A DNA stretch of 24,277 bases from an uncultured bacterium (GCA_964010765.1 CAXGMD010000051.1:1-24277), one strand, 5' to 3'; counted from the first letter of the stretch, positions 1-8,897 are shown. Numbers and translations are program-made. The notes: generated from the letters alone by a model not told the origin.

Positions 1-2
1 CG

Positions 3-245
3 ACAATGCTACAACGTCCACTCATTCGACACAGTGGCGCTGAGTTGGGACCAGCTTTCGGAGCAGCTCGTTTGGGATTGCTGGCTGCAGAGGGTGGTGA
101 TCCAGCACAGTTTTGTTCTCGTCCCCCAGTTGCGGAAGTTTTGGAGCCGCAACCAGAATTGATTGAGACCTACCGAGATTTACTTGAGCGTTATCGTCGA
201 CTCTATCCTGCTCTGCAGGAAGAATTTCAGAGAAAACACGATTAG
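3..245 (+). CDS. xylB: Xylulokinase (FGGY carbohydrate kinase), C-terminal fragment; gene begins before the window
   Basis: The frame is open from the window edge. 'GAELGPAFGAARLG...P...Y...Y+RLYPAL' is the typical XylB C-terminus. TAG stop at 243-245. Confidence 0.85.
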   Translation, partial: TMLQRPLIRHSGAELGPAFGAARLGLLAAEGGDPAQFCSRPPVAEVLEPQPELIETYRDLLERYRRLYPALQEEFQRKHD

Positions 246-592
246 CTAAGTTGCTTTTGTGGCTGTTCGTCAGAAAAATTTCGGATTGACTTACGGAACA
301 GAGTGACAAGATTTCTTTTACTTTCAAAGGGAAGACTCATTGTGAGTCACATCGGTCTTGTTCAAATTTTTTTATTTCAATCAGTCCCATCAAGCAAAAT
401 ATTTTTTGATTAAAAATATATTAAATTAAAATGTAACTCTTAGTAGAGTTATTTTTGAGAAATAACCGAATTCATTAACAATCACTCAAGCAGACTCTTT
501 CCCGATAGAGAAAAAATAGTATAGAAAGACGTTCATTGACTCAGATGGAACAAGTTCATCAATAAAATTTAATTATCATTATATTTAATAGG

Positions 593-620
593 TTGACTAG
601 TCACATCACGTTTGTAAAAT
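593..620 (+). promoter_or_regulatory. Candidate sigma70 promoter for the polyol operon
   Basis: TTGACT (593-598), 16-bp spacer, TAAAAT (615-620), preceded by a very AT-rich UP-like tract (561-590). The perfect palindrome TGACTAGTCA (594-603) overlaps the -35 box. Confidence 0.45.
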
Positions 621-688
621 GCTGGGCGTTTGTTCGTGTTATCTTATCACAGCAAACAGCCGCCTAGAAAACTTGGGGAAGGGACTGG

Positions 689-961
689 TTAGGTTGGCGC
701 CGATCGGATGCAGCGGAGCTGCAACGTATTTGCTGGATCACGATAATTCATGTCCAGCAGGTCATTGATAAAATGGAATTGAGATCCTCCCGATTGTAAA
801 TCACCGCTAAAGATACCCCAAAAATCTGCCTTCGAAAACGCATATCATCTGGATCGAGAAAGTTTGATCGCTCTTAAGCTTTCACAGTGTTTTCCAATTG
901 TTTCCCAGCAAACGACTAAAGAACTGATGGACTGTTCCCAAAAGTACCATGAGGTATGGGG
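689..961 (-). pseudogene. Degenerate remnant of a DUF1566 (Lcl C-terminal, C-type-lectin-like) domain gene
   Basis: Manual translation of 961->689 gives PHTSWYFWEQSISSLVVCWETIGKHCESLRAIKLSRSR*YAFSKADFWGIFSGDLQSGGSQFHFINDLLDMNYRDPANTLQLRCIRSAPT*. This matches the DUF1566 pattern (T..WQ/E, W-x6-C-xx-L, F...F/YW, terminal vRCvR). It has an internal TGA (845-847), no start codon, and no WRLP segment. Confidence 0.4.
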
Positions 962-1081
962 TCAATGCGCGATTAGGTAGTGGCGGAGCCTTTCGGTGGT
1001 CTTTTAACGAGGCAGAAAGGTTTATAGAAGTGTTCAATAATCTCTTGATTTAAGAGAAAACCAAATAATTCTGGAGGCAGA

Positions 1082-2386
1082 ATGAAAGCATTGAAAGCGA
1101 TGTTCATCGCAGCCCTGGTTGGTGCCAGTGCCGCAATGACAGCTTATGCAGAGAAGTTGACGATTGCTACGGTGAACAACTCCGACATGATCATCATGCA
1201 GGAGTTGTCCTCCGAGTTCACAAAGAAGACCGGTCATGAGTTGAACTGGGTGACCTTGGAAGAGAATGTACTGCGCCAGCGTGTGACGACCGATATTGCT
1301 ACAGGCGGTGGTCAGTTTGACATCATTACTATCGGTGCTTACGAAGCGCCAATGTGGGGTAAGGACGGCAAGCTCGTTCCCTTGAGCGATATGCCCGCCA
1401 GCTACGACATGGATGATGTCTTCCCAACAGTACGGGATCTACTGTCACACAATGGAGTGATCTACGCCCTGCCGTTCTACGCAGAGAGTTCATTCACTTT
1501 CTACCGTAAAGACTTGTTTGCAAACGCTGGATTGACCATGCCAGCAGAGCCAAACTACCGACAATTCCGCGCCTATGCAGAAGCGCTGCATGATCCTGAA
1601 AGTGGTGTGTACGGCGTGTGTCTGCGCGGAAAAGCTGGTTGGGGTGAGAACATGGCCTACGTGACTACTATGGTTAATGCCTTTGGTGGACGTTGGTTTG
1701 ACATGAACTGGCGACCACAGTTGGATTCTCCAGAGTGGAAAGAAGCGCTGACCTATTATGTTGACATCTTGAACAACTTTGGACCTCCAGGAGCAAGCTC
1801 CAACGGTCACAATGAAAACCGTGCCTTGTTTGCCAGTGGCAAGTGTGGCATGTGGGTGGATGCAACCTCAGCTGCTGGTTACATCTATAACCCAAGTGAC
1901 TCCAAGGTTCACGACAAGACCGACTTCACCCGTGCACCTTCTGCACGTACTGACCGTGGTACTGGTTGGGCCTGGGCTTGGGCGCTTTCCATTCCAAAGT
2001 CTTCCAAGAAGACTGATGCTGCCAAGCAGTTCTTGGCGTGGTCAACCTCCAAGGAGTATGTAGACTTGGTTGGTGAGCGAAAAGGCTGGACCGTAGCTCC
2101 TCCGGGAACACGAAAGTCAACCTACAACGACAACTACTACAAGGCAGCTCCTTTCGCACGAACTGTGCTGAATTCAATCATGGCCATGGACCCAACAAAG
2201 TCCACATTGCTGCCCGTACCCTACACAGGTGTACAGTTCGCAGCCATCCCTGAGTTTCAGTCCATCGGAACACAGGTGGGTCAGTTTGTAGCCGCTGCGG
2301 TAGCTGGTCAAATGTCTGTAGACGAAGCCCTGGAGAAATCACAAGCTGCTACAGATCGCATCATGCGCCAAGCTGGATACTATTGA
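1082..2386 (+). CDS. smoE: Sorbitol/mannitol ABC transporter substrate-binding protein (SmoE/MtlE)
   Basis: Signal peptide; 'TIATVNN.DM..MQ.LS', 'LEENVLRQRVTTDIATGGGQFD' and 'CLRGKAGWGENMA' are SmoE/MtlE hallmarks. RBS GGAGG at 1073-1077. Confidence 0.93.
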   Translation: MKALKAMFIAALVGASAAMTAYAEKLTIATVNNSDMIIMQELSSEFTKKTGHELNWVTLEENVLRQRVTTDIATGGGQFDIITIGAYEAPMWGKDGKLVPLSDMPASYDMDDVFPTVRDLLSHNGVIYALPFYAESSFTFYRKDLFANAGLTMPAEPNYRQFRAYAEALHDPESGVYGVCLRGKAGWGENMAYVTTMVNAFGGRWFDMNWRPQLDSPEWKEALTYYVDILNNFGPPGASSNGHNENRALFASGKCGMWVDATSAAGYIYNPSDSKVHDKTDFTRAPSARTDRGTGWAWAWALSIPKSSKKTDAAKQFLAWSTSKEYVDLVGERKGWTVAPPGTRKSTYNDNYYKAAPFARTVLNSIMAMDPTKSTLLPVPYTGVQFAAIPEFQSIGTQVGQFVAAAVAGQMSVDEALEKSQAATDRIMRQAGYY

Positions 2387-2434
2387 TCTGATCAACTCTG
2401 ATCGGTTCTAATTTTCTCTAAGCCGGGCATCTGA

Positions 2435-3292
2435 ATGAAACTAAGAGTACTTTCTGATTATCCAGCAATCGTTGTGCTGTTCATTTGGATGCTTGGTCCC
2501 CTCATCGCTACGATCTACTACTCCCTCATTCGCTATAACCTGCTGAATCCACGTATCAAGGGATTTGCAGGTATTGAAAACTACGAGTTTCTGCTCACCG
2601 ATTTTGTTTTTACTGATTCGATTTACAATTCTATCCAGTTACTGGGGAGCATCATTGGCATCACAGTAGTATTGGGATTATTGATTTCCTACTTATTGGA
2701 TCAAGATCTTTACGGGGGGCGATTATTACAGTTGGTCATCATTTCGCCCTTTTTCGTGATGCCTACAGTCAGCGCATTGATTTGGAAGAATTTGTTGATG
2801 CATCCAGTCAACGGTTACTTCACGTACCTACTTGGTCTTTTCGGATTACCTCCAATCGATTGGTTTGCTGATATCCCACTTGGCTCTATCATCATCATTG
2901 TTTCTTGGAACTGGTTACCATTTGCTGTCTTGGTGTTTATCACGGCACAACAATCCATGAGCTTGGAAATTAAAGAAGCATCTAAGATGGACGGTGCCGG
3001 GCACTTAGCCTTTTTCTTCCAGATTTACCTGCCACATCTAGGCAAGGCTATCGGGGCGGTAGTGATGATCCAGATGATTTTTCACCTGAATATTTTTGCG
3101 GAAATCTTCACCACAACGACTGGGGGTCCTGGCACACAGACCACAAATTTGGCCTTCCTTGTCTATCGTAAGGCACTACTAGATTTTGATATTGGGGGAG
3201 CCTCAGCTGGTGGAATTATCTCCATTGTTTTTGCCAACATTGTCGCGATCTTCCTACTACGGATGATTGCCAAGAACATGAATTCTGACTGA
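2435..3292 (+). CDS. smoF: Polyol ABC transporter permease (SmoF/MtlF)
   Basis: About 6 TM segments, 'PFFVMPTVSALIWKN', EAA loop 'EASKMDGA'; position in the operon. Confidence 0.9.
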   Translation: MKLRVLSDYPAIVVLFIWMLGPLIATIYYSLIRYNLLNPRIKGFAGIENYEFLLTDFVFTDSIYNSIQLLGSIIGITVVLGLLISYLLDQDLYGGRLLQLVIISPFFVMPTVSALIWKNLLMHPVNGYFTYLLGLFGLPPIDWFADIPLGSIIIIVSWNWLPFAVLVFITAQQSMSLEIKEASKMDGAGHLAFFFQIYLPHLGKAIGAVVMIQMIFHLNIFAEIFTTTTGGPGTQTTNLAFLVYRKALLDFDIGGASAGGIISIVFANIVAIFLLRMIAKNMNSD

Positions 3293-4104
3293 TGAAATCC
3301 AACAGAGTTCTGCTGTCAATCCTTGGTTGGGTGATCGGTTTTATCATCTTCTTCCCAATCCTTTGGATGGTGATGGCTAGTTTGAAAACAGAGATTGAGG
3401 CTGTTGCTACACCTCCCAGCTTTTTCTTCATACCCACTCTAGAGAATTATTTTGTTGTACAGAATCGAAGCGACTACCTGAATTACGCTTGGAACTCCAT
3501 CGTGATTTCAGTGTTTGCGACGCTATTAGCGATCCTGATTGCTGTACCAGCGAGCTATAGTTTTGCCTTCCGGCCGACCAAGCGTACAAAGTTCAAGCTG
3601 GTCTGGATTCTTTCGACTAAGATGATGCCTCCCGTTGGAGTGTTGATCCCCATGTACTTGTTTTACAAGAACATGGGGCTGCTGGATACGCATCTGGGCT
3701 TAATTCTGATTTACACATTGATGAACTTACCGATTGTCATCTGGGTGCTTTATACCTATTTTAAGGATATTCCACAGGAAATTTTGGAAGCAGCCCAGAT
3801 GGAATGTGATGATCTTTTGAAAATTTTTCTTTATATATTGCTTCCGTTGTCAAAATCAGCGATCTTCTCCACGAGTTTGTTGAGTATTGTGTTGATCTGG
3901 AACGAGTCTTTCTGGAGCTTGAACCTGACAGCATTTGAAGCGGCTCCGTTGACAGCCTTCATTTCTTCCTATTCCAGTCCAGAAGGTTTGTTCTGGGCTA
4001 AGCTTTCAGCGGCCTCCACCCTGGCGATCCTGCCGATCATGTTCCTTGGTTGGGTGACCCAGAAGCAAATGGTGAAAGGACTGACCCTCGGGGCAGTCAA
4101 ATAA
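3292..4104 (+). CDS. smoG: Polyol ABC transporter permease (SmoG/MtlG)
   Basis: 'STKMMPPVGVLIP', 'SSPEGLFWAKLSAAS', C-terminal 'GLTLGAVK'; start overlaps the smoF stop (TGATG). Confidence 0.9.
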   Translation: MKSNRVLLSILGWVIGFIIFFPILWMVMASLKTEIEAVATPPSFFFIPTLENYFVVQNRSDYLNYAWNSIVISVFATLLAILIAVPASYSFAFRPTKRTKFKLVWILSTKMMPPVGVLIPMYLFYKNMGLLDTHLGLILIYTLMNLPIVIWVLYTYFKDIPQEILEAAQMECDDLLKIFLYILLPLSKSAIFSTSLLSIVLIWNESFWSLNLTAFEAAPLTAFISSYSSPEGLFWAKLSAASTLAILPIMFLGWVTQKQMVKGLTLGAVK

Positions 4105-4116
4105 GGGAAAAAAGAC

Positions 4117-5121
4117 ATGGGTAGCATTAATTTAGTAGGCGTTTCCAAATCTTTTGGGGATGTATTAGTCATTCCTTCAGTAGATCTTGAGGTCAATGAA
4201 GGAGAGTTTGTCGTATTCGTTGGTCCTTCTGGTAGCGGTAAGTCCACCTTGTTGCGACTAATTGCTGGCTTGGAGGAAGTTTCTAAAGGTAGGATCGAAT
4301 TCAATGGTCAGGATATGACCAACCTTGCACCTGCCAAGCGTGGCTTAGCGATGGTCTTTCAGTCCTACGCCCTGTATCCGCACATGAGTGTGCGTGAGAA
4401 CATCGGATTTCCACTGAAGATGGCAGGCATGCCAAAGAGCGAGATCGCTGCAAAGGTCCAAGAGGCAGCCAAGATCCTCAACCTGAGTGAGTATTTGGAG
4501 CGCAAGCCTCGCCAGCTTTCAGGTGGGCAGCGTCAGCGCGTTGCGATTGGTCGAGCGATTGTGCGTCAACCGAAAGCCTTCCTTTTCGACGAACCACTCT
4601 CAAACTTGGATGCAGCACTCCGGATCAACATGCGGTTGGAGATCATGGAATTGCACCAGCAATTGAAGACAACAATGATCTATGTCACCCACGATCAGGT
4701 GGAAGCGATGACGATGGCCGACAAGATTGTAGTTCTCGATCACGGTAACATTGAGCAAGTAGGTAGCCCACTTGATCTTTACCGGGCACCAGACAATCTC
4801 TTCGTCGCCGGATTCATCGGAGCACCAAAGATGAATTTCCTCACTGGTGGGGAAGCCAGTCGCCACAATGCAACAACGATTGGAGTTCGTCCTGAACACG
4901 TTCAAATTTCCAAGTCTTCAGGACTATGGACAGGCAAGGTTGGAGTGTCGGAACATTTGGGCTCAGACACCTTCTTACATGTTAATGTTGAAGGCCAGCA
5001 AGCTCCACTAACGGTTCGTACCGATGGGGAAGTTCAGCTAAATTATGGTGAAACCATTTATCTGAGTCCAGAGGAAGACAAGGTCCATAAATTCGATAAT
5101 AACGGGAAGGCGATTCGATGA
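4117..5121 (+). CDS. smoK: Sugar ABC transporter ATP-binding protein (SmoK, MalK family)
   Basis: Walker A GPSGSGKS, signature LSGGQRQR, Walker [12 protein letters not shown], '[11 protein letters not shown]', C-terminal TOBE region. Confidence 0.93.
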   Translation: MGSINLVGVSKSFGDVLVIPSVDLEVNEGEFVVFVGPSGSGKSTLLRLIAGLEEVSKGRIEFNGQDMTNLAPAKRGLAMVFQSYALYPHMSVRENIGFPLKMAGMPKSEIAAKVQEAAKILNLSEYLERKPRQLSGGQRQRVAIGRAIVRQPKAFLFDEPLSNLDAALRINMRLEIMELHQQLKTTMIYVTHDQVEAMTMADKIVVLDHGNIEQVGSPLDLYRAPDNLFVAGFIGAPKMNFLTGGEASRHNATTIGVRPEHVQISKSSGLWTGKVGVSEHLGSDTFLHVNVEGQQAPLTVRTDGEVQLNYGETIYLSPEEDKVHKFDNNGKAIR

Positions 5122-5897
5122 AACTGGCAGGCAAGACGGCAATTGTCACGGGCGGTGGCGGAGGCATCGGTCGCGCTGTCTCCTTGCGCTACGCTCAGGA
5201 AGGAGCACGCTGTGTTGTCGCAGATGTAAAGCTGTCGCTAGCGGAAGCTGTCGCGAAGGAAATTCAAGCGACTGGCGGCAGCGCCTTGGCGGTCAGTATG
5301 GATGTGACTAAACAGGTGGATATTGATCAGACGATTCAAGCAGCAGCGAAAGCTTTTGGCCAAGTCGATATCCTTTTCAACAATGCGGGAATTTTCGAGA
5401 TGGCTCCACTCCTGAAGTCTTCTCGAGAAAGTTACGATCGGCTCTTCGATATCAACGTCAAGGGAATGTTCTTTATGATGCAAGCGGCTGCGGCTCACAT
5501 GGTTGAGAAAGGCATCCGTGGTAAGATCATTAACCTCTCTTCTCAAGCAGGTCGACGTGGAGAGGCCCTGGTAGCTCACTACTGTGCAACCAAGGCGGCT
5601 GTTTACAGCTATACTCAATCAGCAGCACTGGCGATGGCTCCGCATCATATCAACGTTAATGGGATTGCCCCTGGAGTGATCGATACTCCGATGTGGGCAA
5701 CGGTTGATGGCCTCTTTGCGCGCTATGAAAACCGACCCATTGGTGAGAAGAAACGACTGGTTGGTGAGGCTGTTCCGCTGGGTCGGATGGGAAGTCCCAA
5801 TGACATCGAAGGAGCGGCTGTTTTCTTGGCTTCTGCTGATGCTGACTATATTACAGCGCAGACGCTCAACGTCGATGGTGGCAACTGGATGAGTTGA
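5118..5897 (+). CDS. smoS: Sorbitol (L-iditol) 2-dehydrogenase, SDR family
   Basis: [12 protein letters not shown], '[19 protein letters not shown]' and terminal 'DGGNWMS', as in SmoS/PolS; ATGA overlap with smoK. Confidence 0.88.
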   Translation: MKLAGKTAIVTGGGGGIGRAVSLRYAQEGARCVVADVKLSLAEAVAKEIQATGGSALAVSMDVTKQVDIDQTIQAAAKAFGQVDILFNNAGIFEMAPLLKSSRESYDRLFDINVKGMFFMMQAAAAHMVEKGIRGKIINLSSQAGRRGEALVAHYCATKAAVYSYTQSAALAMAPHHINVNGIAPGVIDTPMWATVDGLFARYENRPIGEKKRLVGEAVPLGRMGSPNDIEGAAVFLASADADYITAQTLNVDGGNWMS

Positions 5898-5912
5898 CCT
5901 TCCAAAATTTTC

Positions 5913-7388
5913 ATGACTATTCGACTCTCTCGGGCAACTCTGCCCTCATTTCCCTCGCAGATCTCAGTTCCTAACTATTCTCCTAAGCAGCTCAAGCCGG
6001 GGATTGTCCACATTGGTGTGGGCAATTTTCATCGGGCACATCAGGCGGTCTATCTGGACCAACTGTTCCGACTTGGTAAATCCCTTGACTGGGCTCTAGT
6101 TGGTACAGGTGTTATGCCTGGTGATCGTGTGATGGGCCAAATCCTGGCGCAGCAGGACTACCTGACTACAGTGGTGGAGCAATCGGCAGCTGGTTACAAA
6201 GCAACCGTAACGGGATCGATGATTGATTTTTTCCCACCAGGAGATCCTACAAACATTGAGAGGCTTGCAGACCCAAGCATCCGGATTGTTTCATTAACGG
6301 TCACGGAAGGAGGCTACTTCATTAATCCAGCAACGGGAGAGTTCGATCCAGACCAGCCTGCCTTAAAACAGGATGTAGCAAATCCAGAGACACCGACCAC
6401 AGCCTTTGGGTTGATTCTGGCTGGTTTGCATACTCGTTTGGAGAGAGGCATTGCTCCCTTTACCGTGATGTCCTGCGATAATCTGCTGCACAACGGCAAT
6501 GTCACTCGCAACGCTGTGGTTGGTCTTGCCGAAATGCAAGATTCCAAATTGGCCGCCTGGGTTGAGCGTGAGGTTGCTTTTCCCAATGGAATGGTGGATC
6601 GCATTACGCCGTTCACTTCTGATCGGGAAAGAACGATCTTGCGGGAGGAGTTTGGTATTGAGGATGGATGGCCAGTTTTCTGTGAAAATTACATTCAGTG
6701 GGTCCTGGAAGATCACTTTCCGCTAGGGCGACCAGAATTGGAAACTGTTGGGGTGACCTTCGTGCCAGACGTGACTCCCTATGAGCACATGAAGCTGAGA
6801 ATTCTGAATGCAGGACATGCTTCGATTGCCTATGTGGGAGCCTTACTGGACCAACACTTTGTTCATGAGGCGATGGCGCATCCGCTAATCTGTCGCTACT
6901 TGGAGAAACTGGAGACAGAGGAGATCCTACCGTCAGTTCCCCCTGTACCGAATACGGATCTACAGGCTTATCTTCAGTTGATTCTAGAACGGTTTGCCAA
7001 TCCAAAAATTGGGGATACGATTGCTCGACTTTGTTTTGACGGTTCCAATCGACAACCCAAGTTTGTGCTACCCTCCACTCGAGATCGTTTGCAAGCAGGT
7101 GCATCTGTAACTGGTTTGGCGCTGGAGTCTGCACTCTGGTGCCGATACTGGGGAGGACTCTCTGAGGGAGGGAAAGACATGCAACCAGAGGATAGTCAGG
7201 CGGATCGACTACGAACGCTGGCCGAAAGATCTAAAACTGAACCCCTGGCCTTCCTGGAATTACAGGACATCTTTGGCGATCTCTCAGAGTCTAAAGCTTT
7301 CCAACAAAGCTTCCAAAATGCCCTGCAGCAACTGTGGCAGCATGGCACCGCAAACACTCTGCAACGCTACCTCGATGATCAACTCTGA
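5913..7388 (+). CDS. mtlK: Mannitol 2-dehydrogenase (long-chain polyol dehydrogenase family)
   Basis: 'GIVHIGVGNFHRAHQA', 'SLTVTEGGY', 'SCDN', 'FPNGMVDRITP', 'KLRILNAGH', 'RFANP.I.D'. Confidence 0.9.
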   Translation: MTIRLSRATLPSFPSQISVPNYSPKQLKPGIVHIGVGNFHRAHQAVYLDQLFRLGKSLDWALVGTGVMPGDRVMGQILAQQDYLTTVVEQSAAGYKATVTGSMIDFFPPGDPTNIERLADPSIRIVSLTVTEGGYFINPATGEFDPDQPALKQDVANPETPTTAFGLILAGLHTRLERGIAPFTVMSCDNLLHNGNVTRNAVVGLAEMQDSKLAAWVEREVAFPNGMVDRITPFTSDRERTILREEFGIEDGWPVFCENYIQWVLEDHFPLGRPELETVGVTFVPDVTPYEHMKLRILNAGHASIAYVGALLDQHFVHEAMAHPLICRYLEKLETEEILPSVPPVPNTDLQAYLQLILERFANPKIGDTIARLCFDGSNRQPKFVLPSTRDRLQAGASVTGLALESALWCRYWGGLSEGGKDMQPEDSQADRLRTLAERSKTEPLAFLELQDIFGDLSESKAFQQSFQNALQQLWQHGTANTLQRYLDDQL

Positions 7389-7428
7389 TTCACTGTTACT
7401 CATTCCATCTTAGTTCTTGATTCCTCTC

Positions 7429-7488
7429 ATGTGGCTCTGAATTTTCCAAGCTGCCACATTTTACCAGATAAGGCATCTTACTCTGGTA
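7429..7488 (+). terminator. Tandem hairpins after mtlK, probable operon terminator
   Basis: ATGTGGC (7429-7435)/GCCACAT (7453-7459) followed by Ts; TACCAGA-TAAG (7462-7472)/CTTA-C-TCTGGTA (7477-7488). Confidence 0.4.
7432..7444 (+). repeat. 13-bp direct repeat, copy 1 (TGGCTCTGAATTT)
   Basis: Identical to 8885-8897; the two copies bracket the AT-richer two-gene islet. Confidence 0.6.
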
Positions 7489-7690
7489 TCTGGGCTCCAG
7501 GTTCCATTCAAGTGAGGGCAAGATTGGCTATTGCGTCTAAGTGCTCTAGAGAGTACCTAAAATAATAGGCGTTGTTGTCACTAGTTCTACAAAACCGATT
7601 TCTCTCTTTTCTCTTCGTTTGGGTGCAGACAGGTAGTTTAAGGAACAATTTTAAACCTAATAGAATCAGGTTCTTCAACTCTAATCCGGA

Positions 7691-7711
7691 AATCTATCCA
7701 ACTAATAGATT
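7691..7711. promoter_or_regulatory. Dyad AATCTAT-N7-ATAGATT, candidate regulator (LysR-type T-N11-A) site
   Basis: Perfect 7-bp inverted repeat about 100 bp upstream of the SnoaL-like gene, overlapping a TTGATA -35-like hexamer (7710-7715). Confidence 0.3.
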
Positions 7712-7810
7712 GATAATATGTCTTTAGTGAGTAGCCTTTGAGAAGTTCTAGTCTGTTTGGCTAGGATTTGCCCTATCACTAGTACAGTTTTCACCCTAGA
7801 TGGAGTTTGT

Positions 7811-8191
7811 ATGACACCAAAAGAAGTAGTTCAGAAAAACTATGAATGTTTTACAACCGGAGATATGACAACTTTTCGCACTCTGTATGCTGAAAATGCA
7901 ATAGTCAAAGTAAATGGGATCCATAAATTATCCGGAACTTACCATGGTCCAGATAATTGGATGAGTGCTCTGTCTCAGGTACCGCAGCTTTATGATGAAT
8001 TCAAAATTGAGTTGGTGAACATCATCGCTGAAGGTGATCACGTATTTGCGATGCTGCATGCAACTGCGGTGGGCTCAGGAAAAATGACTGCTGATTTTGG
8101 ACATTTTTACAAGATCGAAAATGGTAAAATTGCGGAATTTCATATCTTTGATGACTCACAGAAAATGGCTGCAACGATGAATGCTGCTTGA
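7811..8191 (+). CDS. SnoaL-like / NTF2-family protein (126 aa)
   Basis: 'KEVVQKNYECF..GD...F..LYAENA', 'SGTYHG', 'IIAEGDHV', 'IENGKI.EF..F.DS'. ATG 7811 has GGAG at 7802-7805 and is preferred over the TTG at 7757. Confidence 0.85.
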   Translation: MTPKEVVQKNYECFTTGDMTTFRTLYAENAIVKVNGIHKLSGTYHGPDNWMSALSQVPQLYDEFKIELVNIIAEGDHVFAMLHATAVGSGKMTADFGHFYKIENGKIAEFHIFDDSQKMAATMNAA

Positions 8192-8269
8192 GTAGGTTTA
8201 TGATAGTTGTCTCGGTATTTTGACGGTTTGGTCAAAACATTCGTTAACTTCACTATTGGAGTGTAAATT

Positions 8270-8614
8270 ATGGGATCTCAATTCTTTCTAGTTCACCACT
8301 ATGTGAAGCCCGGTATGGCTGGTCAGTGGTGGCAAAAAACTGGTGAGCTAATGAGTGATCAACCTGCGATGGGTAAGTACGTTCAAGATTGTATGGACTT
8401 GGGGTTTTACAATCATTCCTTCATGCCTGTTGCACAAGAAGGTCCGATGTTTTGTGTATGGGAAGCAAAGGAAGGAATTTCAGAAGCTGATTTTCAAGAC
8501 TTTATTGATGGTCCAATGGGACCAAATTGGGGTATGAGCGCTCTGAACAATAATATTTCAAAGATAAATCTTGAGTTGACTGGTGGTCAAGCACCCTACG
8601 AGAGAAAACTCTGA
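8270..8614 (+). CDS. Conserved hypothetical protein, possible dimeric alpha-beta-barrel (ferredoxin-like) fold
   Basis: GGAG RBS upstream; protein-like composition with 'VHH..KPG....WW', 'HSFMP', 'FCVWE' motifs. The fold is inferred. Confidence 0.75.
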   Translation: MGSQFFLVHHYVKPGMAGQWWQKTGELMSDQPAMGKYVQDCMDLGFYNHSFMPVAQEGPMFCVWEAKEGISEADFQDFIDGPMGPNWGMSALNNNISKINLELTGGQAPYERKL

Positions 8615-8691
8615 TATTTCTATTGCATTGTATCGTCGACCTACTGCGCTGTGGCTTTCTGTGTAGTCAACTCTTTGATCAGTAGCTCCTT

Positions 8692-8731
8692 CTGAATCTG
8701 GACCAAAGTCTCTGTTTCGGTCCAGATTCAG
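8692..8731. terminator. 13-bp perfect inverted repeat (stem-loop)
   Basis: CTGAATCTGGACC (8692-8704) / GGTCCAGATTCAG (8719-8731); no clear U-tract. Confidence 0.5.
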
Positions 8732-8884
8732 TGACTCCCCTGATCTCCTCTCTCATAACTCAATCAGACCGTTGGAAATTAATGTTGGAATTGCGTTACC
8801 TGCTGATTCAATCGAGAAGAACGGCTTCTATGTGAGAGGAGTTTCTTTGGGGCAGAATGCTCTGATCTATGTTAGACACATTCC

Positions 8885-8897
8885 TGGCTCTGAATTT
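8885..8897 (+). repeat. 13-bp direct repeat, copy 2 (TGGCTCTGAATTT)
   Basis: Identical to 7432-7444; also forms the left arm of the hairpin CTCTGAAT/ATTCAGAG (8888-8909). Confidence 0.6.

Noticed and set aside
22..327. 101-aa minus-strand ORF
   Set aside because: It overlaps xylB antisense and has no recognisable motifs.
689..844. DGR template repeat
   Set aside because: No reverse transcriptase, no matching variable repeat in the window, and no AAC-codon enrichment.
621..1020. Known RNA gene or riboswitch (tmRNA, RNase P, c-di-GMP, cobalamin, glycine)
   Set aside because: The diagnostic conserved sequences of these families were not found by eye.
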